A stretch of 64,000 nucleotides of DNA from Eledone cirrhosa (taxonomy: Eukaryota), in the NCBI GenBank assembly GCA_964016885.1, contig OZ024742.1:333746001-333810000 (forward strand). The letters run 5' to 3'. The notes beneath the pieces are model-generated. The model saw nothing but the letters and a program-made list of their open reading frames with translations. It was not told the origin of the DNA and made no database searches. The position numbers were made by a program, and so were the translations under genes. Shown here one piece after another: positions 1 through 12,736 of the stretch (position 1 is the stretch's first letter; the number at the start of each line of letters is the position of its first letter).

Positions 1-759
1 CGAAGTGTGTGTTCTTGTGTTCTCCAGCCATTCCCTTGTGAGTACCAATTCACCCCCACCGGTCTGCGCAGGCGCAGGTCCGAAGGAAGTTGACCATTAG
101 CTACCGTAGATTTCAACGAAATTCGCTTAGTCATTTCCCCCTCTCAACCAAGCAATGACCCATTCAGGCCTGTTATATATAGCTTACTGCTACCTACCCC
201 GTCTGTGGCAGTTAGTCGAAAGTGAGTGGCGATGGGAGAGTGTGAGTATCTATAGGTCTCAATACTACCCCTCATTAAGTATGGACAGTATAATTGACCA
301 TGAACCTCTAAGAGAAAATATACTTAATTCTAGGCATCATGTTTCACAGTGGAAGTTATGAATGAGAGTTGGAAATTAGAACTAAAAATTAAAAATTAAA
401 AATTAAAAATTAAAAATCGAAAATCAGAAATATTAAGTATATTTTCTCTTAGAGGTTGAAGGTCAATTATACTGTCCATCCTTAATGAGAGGTAGTATTG
501 AGACCCATAGAAACTCACACTCTCCCATCCCTACTGGCTTTCGACTGACTGCCACAGACGGGATAGGTAGCAGTAAGCTACATATAACAGGCCTGAATGG
601 GCCATTGTTTGGTTGAGAGGGGGAACTGACTAAGCGAATTTCGTTGAAATCTGCGGTACCTAATGGTCAACCTCCTCCGGACCTGCGCCTGCGCAGACCG
701 GTGGGGGTGATTTGGTACTCACAAGGGAACGGATGAAGAATCCAAGAGCACACACTTCG
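1..759. repeat. Long inverted repeat (foldback), arms ~1-328 and ~433-759, spacer with (AAAATT)n
   Basis: cgaagtgtgtg at 1 vs cacacacttcg ending at 759; agagaaaatatacttaa (311) vs ttaagtatattttctct (433); arms colinear with scattered mismatches. The left arm may extend beyond the window. Confidence 0.9.
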
Positions 760-819
760 TCCGTTCCCATGTCGATTCAATTTGGATTGCCTCGAAAACA
801 TAGCCTTATTATGTAACAA

Positions 820-893
820 GCTGTCTGACGATGTCACGGCACTGGCACACGGAACAGTGTGTTCACTGTCGCCATTGAAATATATATCACAAC
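820..893 (+). ncRNA. Type I hammerhead ribozyme motif (Penelope-type, palindromic stem III)
   Basis: gctgt-CTGACGA(825-831)-long stem II (apex gcacac/gtgtgt)-GAAA(877-880)-tatata-TC-acaac; AUC cleavage triplet; stem I tgt/aca. Confidence 0.75.
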
Positions 894-912
894 ATTATTA
901 TTAAAAGACTTG

Positions 913-1108
913 GGCGTTGGATTGGCAGTATCGGTAGAGGGTCGGACGCCATGCTTTGCAGCAAAGAGTTACGGCCCTTTATGGTCTGAGTTCAAATCCC
1001 GCCGAGGTTAACTTTGCCTTTCATCCTTACGGGGTCGATAAAATAAAGTACCAGTAATGTACTGAGATAATTGCTGGCCTTGTGCCAAAAGTAGAAATAA
1101 TTATTATT
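913..1108 (+). mobile_element. tRNA-type SINE (octopus-like family), full length with TSD
   Basis: A-box-like tggcagtatcggtag, B-box gagttcaaatccc, (ATT)n tail; attattattaaaagacttg duplicated at 894-912 and 1100-1118; about 10 other copies in the window. Confidence 0.85.
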
Positions 1109-1226
1109 AAAAGACTTGAACATCTGAAACTACTCCGCTTTTCCTTATTCGATATTTACTCCGTCACTCCTATGTGGAATAAGTACATTGAGTGCTTGAA
1201 TTGAATTGCATCAATATTTACCCTAA

Positions 1227-1258
<32 letters not shown>

Positions 1259-1261
<3 letters not shown>

Positions 1262-1657
1262 GGAAAACGAAAAATCAGTGATGAGTCGGAAAACAGTTTA
1301 TTACAAATTACAATTGTTTCTCCGGCGAGCAGCTCTAGGTGTGATCTGTTTGTGGATCGAACCTGACTCTGGATTCGCAAGTTCCTCAGATACGTTTAGT
1401 GATTTTGAAGCAAATTCTCTTCTGACGAGCCGCGGATTACAGAGTCGGGTCAGATCATTACAGATCGAACCTTCAGCTGATCAGTGGCGAAATGCGCTTC
1501 ACCAAACAATAAACGTAATGAAGGAGTAATCAATCGTCCTTGTTACCTTATTTCACTATAATACACTCTGTCTAGATCTACACCTCGACACTGACGTGAA
1601 CCTAAACATCGAGTACTCACCCGAGTGAACCTACAGCAACTCCAAATTACACTCCCT

Positions 1658-1659
<2 letters not shown>
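1259..1659 (+). mobile_element. Possible solo or partial LTR inserted in (TA)n
   Basis: GC-richer island bounded by (TA)n on both sides, AATAAA near 1508; shares cgagcagctct...tcgaa(c/a)ctga with the Gypsy LTR at 4414-4646; canonical CA end not seen. Confidence 0.3.
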
Positions 1660-1706
<47 letters not shown>

Positions 1707-2196
1707 CATAAAGGGTAAATACCTCGTTCGTTCAGGAATGAACATGGGGTTTGCAACTAGAAAGTGAAACCAGCTCTCTAATCATGTGCCTTTACATGTA
1801 ATTCGAAGGACACAGCCTTGTCAAACTCTGTGTCACGCTGAATATTCCGGAGAACTACGTTAAGTGTAAGCTCAATTACTTGCATGTTAATCGATGTGCA
1901 CTCTGTTCTGTTAATCGTTTCAACTGGAATAGTGGTTGTCGTAACAGACGTAGTGCCAGTACACTCACACACTTATACACACACATACACCACACACACA
2001 CGCACACATACACCCCACCCACACACATACACTGACACAGACACGCATGGATAGACCCCGAACAAGATGTTTGGATTAAAATTCATGAACTTGGCTGGTT
2101 TCGCTTTCGTATCAAGCCGGATCAGTCTGAGACGGTTACATCTGCCAGGATTGTTTGAGGACTCTACCCGCACAACCCTCTCGTGAATGAGTGGCA

Positions 2197-2379
2197 GAAG
2201 AAGAAGAAGAAGAAGAAGAAGAAGAAGAAGAAGAAGAAGAAGAAGAAGAAGAAGACGAAGAAGAAGAAGAAGAAGAAGAAGAAGAAGAAGAAGAAGAAGA
2301 AGAAGAAGAAGAAGAAGAAGAAGAAGAAGAAGAAGAAGAAGAAGAAGAAGAAGAAGAAGAAGAAGAAGAAGAAGAAGAA
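2197..2379. repeat. (GAA)n microsatellite, about 60 units
   Basis: Direct reading; one GAC interruption. Confidence 0.98.
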
Positions 2380-4413
2380 ATTCCAACCATGAGGGACAAT
2401 TCAACCCGATGCCATAATCGAAAACACCTGCCTTTCCTACCGTATGGCTGACTAAATCCAGAACCACAAGGCTGCGAATCGAACATCAAACCACACAACT
2501 GTGCATGTGCTTATTCATTTATCTACTTATTTACTTGTTTATTGTAAACTATGAAAAATGAATTGGAATATCTCATACACGTACGTAACAGGGCAGATGA
2601 GATGGGAAAAGGAATCTTTTATCTCTTAAAAAGATTAACGTCAGCTTTTATTAAATTAGCTCAACAAAGTCTCTTGTATATGTTTAAAAGTAGGATTTAT
2701 TGTATTAACGTAGTAGTTTGATAGTTGTACAGATAAGGCATCGGTCAACTATGTGATAGTTCGCTGATCCACCCTCCTTTCGAATTTATTCTGGTTTTCG
2801 ATGGGCCAAACAATGAATGCTTTACGTCTTCATATTCAAGCTGTATCAGCAAAAAATGAGAGAAGGAATGAAATGAGGATAGATTGCGATAGAGATAGAT
2901 AAAGATAGAATGAGAGAAAGAGAGAGTTTGAGACGGAGTAACAGAGACTGAGAGAGTGATTGAAGGAGTGACAACGAGATATTTAGAGTGAGTGGGAGAG
3001 ACTGAGTGGGTGAATGAACGAGAAAGAGAGATAAAGGAACAGAGAAACTGGTTTACTGAGGCACGATATAAACACGAGATCTCTTCAGTCATTTTAGTTA
3101 TAATATTTCTTTTGACTTTTCGAGATAGTTGACACTTCTCAGTAACAGGTTTTTTTTATACACTGACATAGAAATACCACATAGTCCCTAAACTGATAAT
3201 ATACGACGGTTTTCCTGGGTCAGAATGAAGTGCTACTCATAGAACAGGGATCGTGCATCTTTTGCCCAGACTGGTATCCTAGATCGCATTTCAGATAGAT
3301 GAGCAAATCCTCCAAGCGGTTTCAACTCGTACTCTAATACTCTTCCACATTTGGAACACGATCGAGTTCTTTACTCTCTCTTCTCCCTTTAGCAATGTGC
3401 TTCTTCAAATTTTCTGGACTAATGCTCCATTCCCTTAGACACTCCCGAGTCATTCACCTCATCGTAAAACTTGAGTCCAAAATCTGTGTTTAGTTCATCT
3501 TGTGCAAAAAAGGCGGCACGCTTAAATTTCCCCCTGCATATATATGCATAAAATTAAAACTGAAAATCAACAGCTTCAATCTCTCAACTGCGTCGGAAAA
3601 AACAGAATAATAGTTTCAATCCCAGTAGTGTCAGTTAAATGAAACAGAAAGGATACATTACAGAGATGAACTTGAACTGATCTGAAGTCAAGAGGATCAG
3701 AGCTGGGAGAATATGGAAAATGACTCTAACTGACACTTTAAGAACTCTGCCAATTGCAGCCATCCATGCTTGATTTTCTGAATGTTCACAACTGTATATT
3801 TACTTATACAACTACTCAAGCATACACACACGTGCGCACAGATACACATACACACAGATACTCTCACACACATTCACATACACACTCACACTTACATTTA
3901 CACACAAATGTACCCCCCCCCCTACACACACACACACATATATATATATTAATATATATATATATATATATATACATACATATGTTCACTTCATTGAGGA
4001 AAGTATTACCGAACATGCACATTTTATCCCTCTCTTCTGAAACCAACCACAACTCCCTCTCAGAAGCCAATGAGGGGGAACATGAATTTACATAATTCAG
4101 ATATAAGGCCATGTTGGGAATGACGTAGACAATGAAGGATTGGTGATTTAAATGTTGTTACTTAGTTTAAAGAAAAACATAAACGTTATGTAAAAAACAC
4201 TCTCCTGTTGTTTGTTGTTCTTTTCAGGAACAATGGTTTGCTTAGGGAGCTGTATGTATTGGAGGCAGTAAACTCACACAACTTGTGGAATTGACATTGC
4301 TACCACTAACTCCCAGGTGATAGGCCTTTATTTGAAACGATGAAGTACCGCACTTATTTATGAACTTTTAGTTAATTGGTTTATTGGTTTAATGTTCTCC
4401 GGAAAATACCGCT

Positions 4414-7360
4414 TGTAACCAACCACTTGAGAAATAAAGATAAAGTAATCCAGGAATGCTAGAAACAGGTAATATGCTCTGTACATATAGTGTTCAGTTT
4501 CGAAGTAGTCGCAAGAGTATAGAGAGCTGCTCGTCAGAACGAGGCTGGCAGCGAATAAGAGTGAGAATCACAAGCCTCGTCTATTTATAATGCCTACAGG
4601 AAGTAACTCTAATTAATTCTCTTTTTTTACCCTAGGGGTCGTTACAATACTCTCCTCCAGACGAGAGGCAAATAACCACAAGGTAATTGTGCCGACCCGC
4701 AAGAAATTGGGATCAAGGCAAAGGTACATGAAAAAACAATACAAAAAAGAAACTCTATAGTTAAGAAACAAAGTAAAGAAAAGCATGTAATACACAATGC
4801 AAAAAAGGCTCCATAGAGGCCAGTTCAGATAAAAACTGTTTGACGAAATCTTTTGGGTCAGTGGACTCTTCGACCGGAATGGATCGTGGTTTGCATGTAA
4901 GTGAAGGTGGGGCAGAAGGAGCCGGTGTATATACAACAGTAAAAGATGGGGGTATATGTGGCTCAGACGTATGAGCGTCTGTGTATGCCCTTTTCAGTAT
5001 GTCAGCCGAAATTGTCTCTCTGGATCCCTTAATGTCTACAGTAAAATGTTTGTTAGTACAGGCTAACACACGGTAAGGTCCAGAGTACGGTTGTATGACA
5101 GGTAGTCTAACAGCGTCGTCTCTGACAAAGGCATGTGTCCATGAGGCAATATCCCTCGGAATTGCAATTTTAACAGTTTATTTCCTGGTATTCATAGGCG
5201 GTAAGTCCTGAAAATACGAGCGCAAACGAGATACATAGGAAAGGGGATCCTGAGTAGCAAGATCAACAGGGGCAAGCATTTGCCCAGGCAACGCTAGAGG
5301 AGCACCATACAATAATTCAGCTGGGGAGAACCCAAGGTCCTTCTTTATTGAAGACCGAATTCCTAACAATATAATAGGAAGGTACTCGCTCCAACGTAGA
5401 GAGTCTGGATAAGCACGAAGAGTGGCCTTTAATTGGCGGTGAAAACGCTCCACCATTCCGTTTGAAGCAGGATGATAAGATGTGGTCCGAATGCGTTGAG
5501 CGCCAATAATTTTTGTTAACTCCGAGAAAAGATGTGATTCGAATTGCCTACCACGGTCTGTAGTAATGTGGTTGGCACGCCATAGCGGGTAATCCACCCT
5601 GATACCAGGGCACAAGCTATCGTGTCGGCGGTAATGTCCTTTAAGGTGATGGCTACAGGCCATCGCGCAAAACGATCAATGCAGATCAAAATGTAAGAAT
5701 ATCCACTACTGACTGGCCGAGGTCCAACGATATCGATGTGGATGTGTCGAAAACGAGCATCCCGAGTACTAAAAGTACCAAGTGGAGCTCGGATGTGTCA
5801 GTGGACTTTAGATTTTTGACACTGTATGCAGGAACAGCACAAAACACTAATTTCACGCCTCATATTTGGCCAAAAAAATGTAGCTGTTATGAGCTTTACT
5901 GTGGCTGAAGATCCCGGGTGAGAAATGCTGTGCAAAGCAAGGAACACAATTCGACGGTGTGTCACTGGAACATAAGGCCGTGGTGAATCCGTAGATACAT
6001 CGCAAAGAAACTGCCTGTCGGTGGTCGACAAGGACAGATATTTCAGGTTGCAAGTCGCAAATTCAGCTGATGAAGTATCCAACGATTCGATTGCAGGTTG
6101 GTCTGCTGCCAAACGACTTAAATCTATCTCCTGGGATGACAAAATTGAGCTGATTGGCAAACGTGACAAGGCGTCTGCGGCTGTGTTTAGTGAGCCAGAA
6201 ATATGCTGAATATCATTGGTAAACTGCGAAATGTAATCGAGGTGCCTTGTCTCTCTGGGCGGATATCTGTCGGCTTTACCCCTCAAAGCGAAAGTCAGAG
6301 GTTTGTGGTCAGTGAAAACCGTAAAAGTTCTTCCCTCAAGAATATGAGAAAAATGTTTCACCGACAGATAAATGGCTAATAACTCCCGACCAAACGCACT
6401 GTAACGAGTTTCTGCCGGTTTCAGCTTCCTGGAGAAAAATGCCAAAGGTTGTTGTTGGTGTTTAGCGTTCTACTGTCAAGGAAATATCGTCATTCTTCTT
6501 ACCACAAATTTTCAAAATCTCGGAAAAAGAAGACTGTAATTTTGCACATTGAGTGACGAAACGTCTATAAAAATTGATTAGGCCTAGGAAGTGACGCAAT
6601 TGGCGAAGTGAGGTAGGCGGAGGTAAATCCCCTATAGCCTTAACTCGCTGTGGAAGGAGTCGAATACTTTCGACTTCGATGACGTGACCTAAAAAATTTA
6701 GTGAAGCGGATCCGAAATTTTGCGGGATTTACTCGAACGCGGTAATCCTGGAGTCGGCAATATTAAAAGGATCAGGTGACGCATATGCTCTTCCGGAGAG
6801 GAACTAGCAACGAGAAGATCATTTATATATACATAAACGAAGTCCAGACAACGAGTGACATCGTCTATGAACCGCTGAAAAGTGCTGGCGGCATTCCTGA
6901 GTCCAAAAGGCATGGTTAAAAACTCGAATGATCTGAAAGGTTTCGTAATAGCCGTTTTCGGAATGTCTTCCTTCCTGACTGGAATTTGGTGGTAAGCTGG
7001 CACTAAATTGATTTGGAGAAAATCGTACAACCCTGCAACGAAGATGGAAAATCCTGAAGGTGGGGAATCGGATATCTATCCAGGACGGTCATCGCGTTTA
7101 AACCCCTATAATCCCCAGTGGTTCTCCAGTCGCCAGAATTCTTGGGCACCATATGTAACGGAGAAGCCCAAGGGCAAGCAAGATAGAGGTGATATGCTCT
7201 ATACATATAGTGTTCAGTTCCGAAGTAGTCGCAACAGTATAGAGAGCTGCTCGTCAGAACGAGGCCGGCAGCAAATAAGAGTGAGAAACACAAGTCTCGT
7301 TTATTTATAACGCCTACGGGAAGTAACTCTAATTAATTCTCTTTTTTGACCCTCGCTACA
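4414..7360 (-). mobile_element. Ty3/Gypsy LTR retrotransposon, internally deleted (gag/protease absent), decayed
   Basis: Direct repeats ~4461-4646 and ~7181-7360; left LTR bounded by tgtaac...gttaca (4414-4646); polypurine tract ggaggagagta just inside 4647 on the minus strand; pol order RT-RNaseH-integrase. TSD not identified and the outer left edge is uncertain. Confidence 0.9.
4950..7180 (-). pseudogene. pol: Gypsy pol pseudogene (RT, RNase H, integrase) with frameshifts
   Basis: [30 protein letters not shown] (YxDD mutated), AFFSRKL...ELLAI...TDHKPL (RNase H), H-H-C-C zinc finger, [22 protein letters not shown] (DDE). Confidence 0.93.
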
Positions 7361-8029
7361 AACCCAGAGAAAAATGCTTATCCACGAAATGCAGTGATCT
7401 CAGTGAGTATATAAAGTATGTTGCTAGAACAAATATGTGGTGTATCTTGACACGACCTACTTGGTGTGTTTATACCCGTTTCTGGTTGGGTAACCCAAAA
7501 TGTTTTCCTGCAATATATTAAATCTTGTAGTGGTGTATGATTTATAATACTTTTAAACTTATTTCATATACTATAAAATTTCGTCTGACTGTTGTATAGC
7601 GTCCTTTCCCTACGCTCAATTTATATAACTTCGTCCAATGCTACACGTGTTGTAACTGTTTTGTTTATAAGATTTAATGCAATCTATGTGCAAGCAATTG
7701 TAGCTAATATAGAAACCATTGTTATTTTTATGATAAAATCTCACAGAATTGGTAGTCTTGCGTAAAAAAAGATTCCTAACAATTTAGTCATTCCATTTTA
7801 CGTTGAGTATGGAATCCCACTGCGTTTGTACTTGTTATTTCTACTTTCAGGATTCATAAAATAAAACACTAGTTAACAACAGAAATTGATTTCATTGTGT
7901 ACACTCTGACTTAATTAACTATATGGCTTCGTGAACATGTTAGCAATCATCGCTACTAGTACTGTGAATATAATTTTCAGGTTTATTTGAATCTATTTTT
8001 ACAGTAATTATATCTAAAATGTGAAAGCA

Positions 8030-8150
8030 TTATGCTAAGGTGGTTATAGCATTTGGCTCACGGTCGTCATGCCGTGAAATTGAATGCTGGTGGCTCATTG
8101 TGTCCTTGAGCAAGAGTCTTTATTTACGTTATTCTATTCCTGTCAGCTGA
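8030..8150 (+). mobile_element. Degraded SINE of a second family
   Basis: A-box-like gctaaggtggtta followed by tgtgtccttgagcaag...tttattt, a core typical of invertebrate SINEs; B box decayed. Confidence 0.35.
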
Positions 8151-9415
8151 AAAGAAATATTAATCGTATCTGTATTTTCCAATGGTAACGTTCGATAGAG
8201 AACTATGTTAAGAGCACATATTTCTGTAAAAAAAAGCCGTTTGTGCTTTACTCCCGTTTCGGTCGTTTCCATCTTTAATAACATTGGAACTCAAAAGGCT
8301 AAATACTTATTTAGATATAGTAAATACACACTCGTATCGTGAGTTTAATGGTTCAGGAAATTATAATCTCGATAAGAACAATGCCTTATTTAATATTAAT
8401 GTTGCGGAAGCAAAGACAACGTCTTTGCTTCCGCTTGTAACACATATTTCTAAATAACTCATCTAACTTTTTTTTGTTTTTTTTTGGAACATAGTTGAAT
8501 CATTCTTCCTTTTGTAATATGTGCTTCCATTTTCACTCGAATCGCATTTTAAGCATCGCGTCATGAAACATCCCTTCTTTAAATATCCGCCTTTGTGTAA
8601 ATAATAAATAAACAAATAAATATATAAATAAAATGCTACATAGAGCTTTTTGTAATCTGATAATGATAATGTCGTACAATGGCCATATGTGGGATTATTT
8701 AGGGCCTCAAAGTGCAACAACTGTTTGTAAATAAATTAAAAATCATGCTCTATCTTGCAACTGATAACAGATTTAAAAGAGATTAAAAGATGCAAAATAT
8801 CAACACGAGAAAAATAGCCCTTTTGTCATTTATTATCGAAGAATAAATAAACTTCTAATTTATTCTCCATATTACCAAGTAACACATTTAGAAATTTCAA
8901 GCACACAAAAATATTATAATATTATCTAAAATAAAGATATATGATATTTAAATTTAGAATTATAATAAAACTAAAAGAAAATAAGGAAATAGAAATAGAA
9001 AGATGAGGCAAATATTTAGATTATTCTCGTGCGATAATATGGATATTTAAAGAAAGAGAGATGAGAGCTGTAAGAAAATAATCCATTTTGATTTATTCGG
9101 TTGAACTTATTCTACGTTTGTTAATTGAGAGTGATCGTAAATGACCGTGTATATGTGTGTTGCAGTGTTTTGTAAGGGTTGCAGGGTGGTTGATATCAAC
9201 TTATGATATATGCGTTCATGCAAATATAAAATAGCGATCCTAGATAATTGCAATTTAATATCAAATTGATATGACACGTTTCAGTTGCCTCTCCTGATCG
9301 ATAACCTATTATGCTTTTCTTCGATATGATAAATCTCAAGTATAATCACATGTTTTGTTAGTTATTCTTACCGACGCAGTCATATATGCAGTATCTTAAA
9401 CAGGAATACATATAT

Positions 9416-9463
<48 letters not shown>

Positions 9464-9944
9464 GCCAAAAACACAGATGTACATACGCATTCAAACACTC
9501 TAACACAGACAGACAGGCAGACACATATACATTGAAAACAGTTTCCTAAAATTATACATATATATATATATATATGAACACATCTATTGTTTTAACTGGA
9601 AGCTCATGTGGCAATATTAATGTTCGGAAATATTTGCTCCAAATTCTGCATGCACATTTAAATTACTAGAAACAACAGCCATAACTACCTAACATCTTAA
9701 GTAAATGTTGAGCAATGTATATATTGAACAATTGTTATGAAACATATAAGATCGTGAGGAATGGAGCGTCTTTAAAAATCTCTACTCAGTTCAATGTGTA
9801 ATTAGATTCAGATTAGAAAAAATACCAAAACTGAGTACGTAAGCTTTTACACAAATACAAGCGAAAATAGAAATAAACACGTGGGTACACACAGTCACAC
9901 ACATATGTTTCGCAATCATGTTGAAATTATCGTTTGGAACGACG

Positions 9945-10675
9945 ATTCATGGTGTCTATCTCTACACTAGATCGAACAGGAGGCAATTTTGTCTGTGAAA
10001 GCTAAAGGCAAAATCCGGCATTTATCATGTACTCATCAGTGAAATGATGCTTGCAGACGACACAGAGTTAGCGACATACTCGGGAGACAAACTGCAGTAT
10101 ATTATGGACAACGTCTGAATGGCCTGCCAGAAATTCAACCTGACCATGAATACAAAGAAAACCAACGTGTTCGCCCAAAACATAAGGCACATCTCTGTCA
10201 TCATCTAGAGCAACTAGCCGGGAGGAGTCCATCAATTCATCTAACATCCTACACATTCACCAGGCTGACTACGAGAGTAGCTTGTTACACATTCTGGACG
10301 TTGAGTCACATGACCAAAGTCCTCAGCCACACCAAGGAACCGAGTCAATGTACCTGCTGAATAACAATTCTGCGATTTTCCCGTATAGCGTCTGGCTGAA
10401 GGAAGGATTCAGAAAGTCGTATTGCATAGAAAGTGGTGACCTGCAAGAGAGCACGACGCCGACTTCATCTTTGTTTAAAACTGCCGTCTACGAAAAGCAC
10501 GCTGGAAGGAGAGACAACACAGTAACACTAGAAGGGAGAAGCTTCACATGCAATCATTGCATACAAGACTGTCAATCCTGTATTGTTCCCTGCAGTAAAG
10601 ACAGACGCTGCAACTAAGCAGCTTCTGAAGCAAGCCTCCACATGTGTAAATCCATGATATTTCGAGACCGCACAA
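9945..10675 (+). mobile_element. RTE (BovB-like) LINE 3' fragment, decayed
   Basis: GVYLYTRS, LISEMMLADD (FADD), LTMNTKKTNV, C-terminal FTCNHCIQDCQS...RRC zinc-finger-like tail, RTE-like 3' end ccatgatatttcgagac. Confidence 0.8.
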
Positions 10676-10683
10676 CGAACATA

Positions 10684-11238
10684 TCTATATATATAAAGTT
10701 GTAATGCTTATCTGTTTGTTTGTTTGTTCACGAACTCCTCGTATGATTTTTGAGATAGACCCCCATAATCACATATATTCAGAAACTACATTGCCCAGGG
10801 TACTTGGATATGTATATTTCATGTTAATCAAAGGGTTCTCCGGGGGCACAAACCGCTGCTGAAAACCAGGCTGAATATTTATCCCCTTCGATGTATATGA
10901 AATTTAAACCATAGGTAAATGACAAGATATGATGCCTATTCACAACATTTTAGCAAATTTCAATAATATTAGGACACCTTAATGGGGTTTACACCTCCTA
11001 TTAGGGTTCTCCGGGGGCACACACCCCGCTGAAAATGTTTTCCCTTCGATTTATATGAAATTTAAACCATAGGTAAATGACATGATATGATGTCTATTCA
11101 CAAAAGTTTTGAATTGATATTTTAAAAAACATTATTTACTAGAAAAAAAATAAGAATAGTATTTAATAATGTAATTTTGATTTGATATATTACAAAAAAT
11201 AATGTTTTTCAATTTTTCCTGTCTTACATTTTACATTG
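10684..11238 (+). mobile_element. Non-autonomous Helitron-like element, 5' part, with ~170-bp internal tandem duplication
   Basis: Starts A|TCTATATATATAAA then (GTTT)n; homologous to 62883-63250; unit gggttctccgggggcac...tattcacaa occurs at ~10832 and ~11003. Confidence 0.6.
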
Positions 11239-11239
11239 T

Positions 11240-11900
11240 GTAGGACAGACTCGAACCATGACACTTGCAGGAGATGTTGTGTACATTACTCTTGAAACCT
11301 CAGAATGCTCTGCACATAGCGACCTGTCATTTATTCTGTTAGTTTTCTGGTCCTGGTCAAAGTTTTACTCATCTGTGAAAAACCAAATCACATCATCTTC
11401 TGATGGATTTTAAATTTGTTCAAACGCATTTTGAATCTGATTAAATGGTTTTCTTTTGGTTATCTGACATGAATTGACCTCTCCTCATCACGTATGTTTT
11501 GTATCTGATGTCTTCATGCACAACATTACTGATTGTTTTAATTCTGACACACCAACATTTTTTGCAATTGTTCTCATTGATTTTTCTGGATTGTCATCAA
11601 TGTTTTGCATCTCTTCCTGAATAAATTCAGGTGTCCTGATAGAATCAGAGCATTTGAATGTTTTTTACGTTTCTCTAACTCACACCGAAACATGTGGACA
11701 AAAGATCTTGCACCTTTCAGAAAACGAGAGATTTTAAATCACCATGCTTAGCCTTCAAAGCCACAATCGCAGCATGTCTTTTCATTTCATTAGCAAGCAT
11801 AGTTATTTTCAGTGTTATTTTCTGAAATCGAAGTTCTATAAAAATTTATCAAATAAAATAATGACTAAAATTGCACGTGTCCTCAAATACCGTCCGCACC

Positions 11901-11903
<3 letters not shown>
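11240..11903 (-). mobile_element. Tc1/mariner (maT/DD37D-like) transposon 5' half, pseudogenised
   Basis: TA|CAGGGTG terminus at 11903; frameshifted translation DSIRTPEFIQ...NPEKSMRTIAKNVGVSE...VHEDIRYKTYVMRRGQFMS...WFFTDE*NFDQDQK...PASVMV. Confidence 0.85.
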
Positions 11904-11983
<80 letters not shown>

Positions 11984-12054
11984 TGTACCATGAATTCGAA
12001 CTGCATTTAACATATTGCATCTCCATCATTTTGTTGATAGAGTCAGGGTGGACG

Positions 12055-12250
12055 TAATAATGATTTCTAATTTAAGCACAAGTCTAACAAATTCAGAGGG
12101 ATGGGAAGGTTTATTATATCGAACTCAGTTCGTGATTAGTACTTATTTCTATAATCTACGGACATTTGATATAGGTGGAGTTACACGGTTATAACTAAAT
12201 GAAAGAAACCATTTTGTTCAACGCTCTAAAGATTCTGCTAATTCACCTGA
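12055..12250 (-). mobile_element. Degraded SINE copy
   Basis: aataatgatttcta...gcacaag...gtactt is the reverse complement of the SINE 3' end. Confidence 0.55.
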
Positions 12251-12559
12251 CCGTGCGATAAGTAATAATTGTTGGAAAAACACCCTCAAAGTATAGAGAC
12301 TTTGCGTAAAATTGTATTATGGAGGTGTGATTCAGTATTCCTCTGTATACAAACATCCTCTCACATATGAAATGGGTATAACTCAAGTATACATTTCAAC
12401 GTGAACTGACTCTTATTTTGTTCACGAAGTTGGCTTAAAAATCAATCTTTATTTGTATATATATATATTATCCCATTTCTTGCCTGACTATGTCTCCTTC
12501 AATATATATATATAGTGACGAAACATAAGTCAATTGCATGAACTCATAATCCTTTATTT

Positions 12560-12615
12560 ACTGCTATATATATTTCGATGATAGCCATTGAATGGCTATG
12601 ACCTCATCAGGCAGT
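12560..12615 (-). ncRNA. Type I hammerhead ribozyme motif
   Basis: Minus strand: actgc-CTGATGA-ggtcatagccattcaatggctatcatc-GAAA-tatata-TA-gcagt; perfect 5-bp stem I, AUA triplet, AATAAA just downstream. Confidence 0.85.
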
Positions 12616-12674
12616 TAGTCAGTTCTTAGATATGCCAGCTCTGTGTGTATAGTGTTGATGGTTTCAGAGACTTG

Positions 12675-12728
<54 letters not shown>

Positions 12729-12736
<8 letters not shown>

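Noticed and set aside
913-1005. tRNA gene
   Set aside because: A/B boxes present but no cloverleaf; multi-copy SINE head.
1973-2498. Poly-E/K/R/L/S ORFs
   Set aside because: Translations of the (GAA)n microsatellite; no coding evidence.
3130-3540. Coding-looking stretch on the minus strand
   Set aside because: Interrupted by stops in the frames I read and no recognisable motif.
7154-7170. tgtaacgg as start of the right LTR
   Set aside because: It is the antisense of the RT codons WASPLH; LTR homology starts near 7181.
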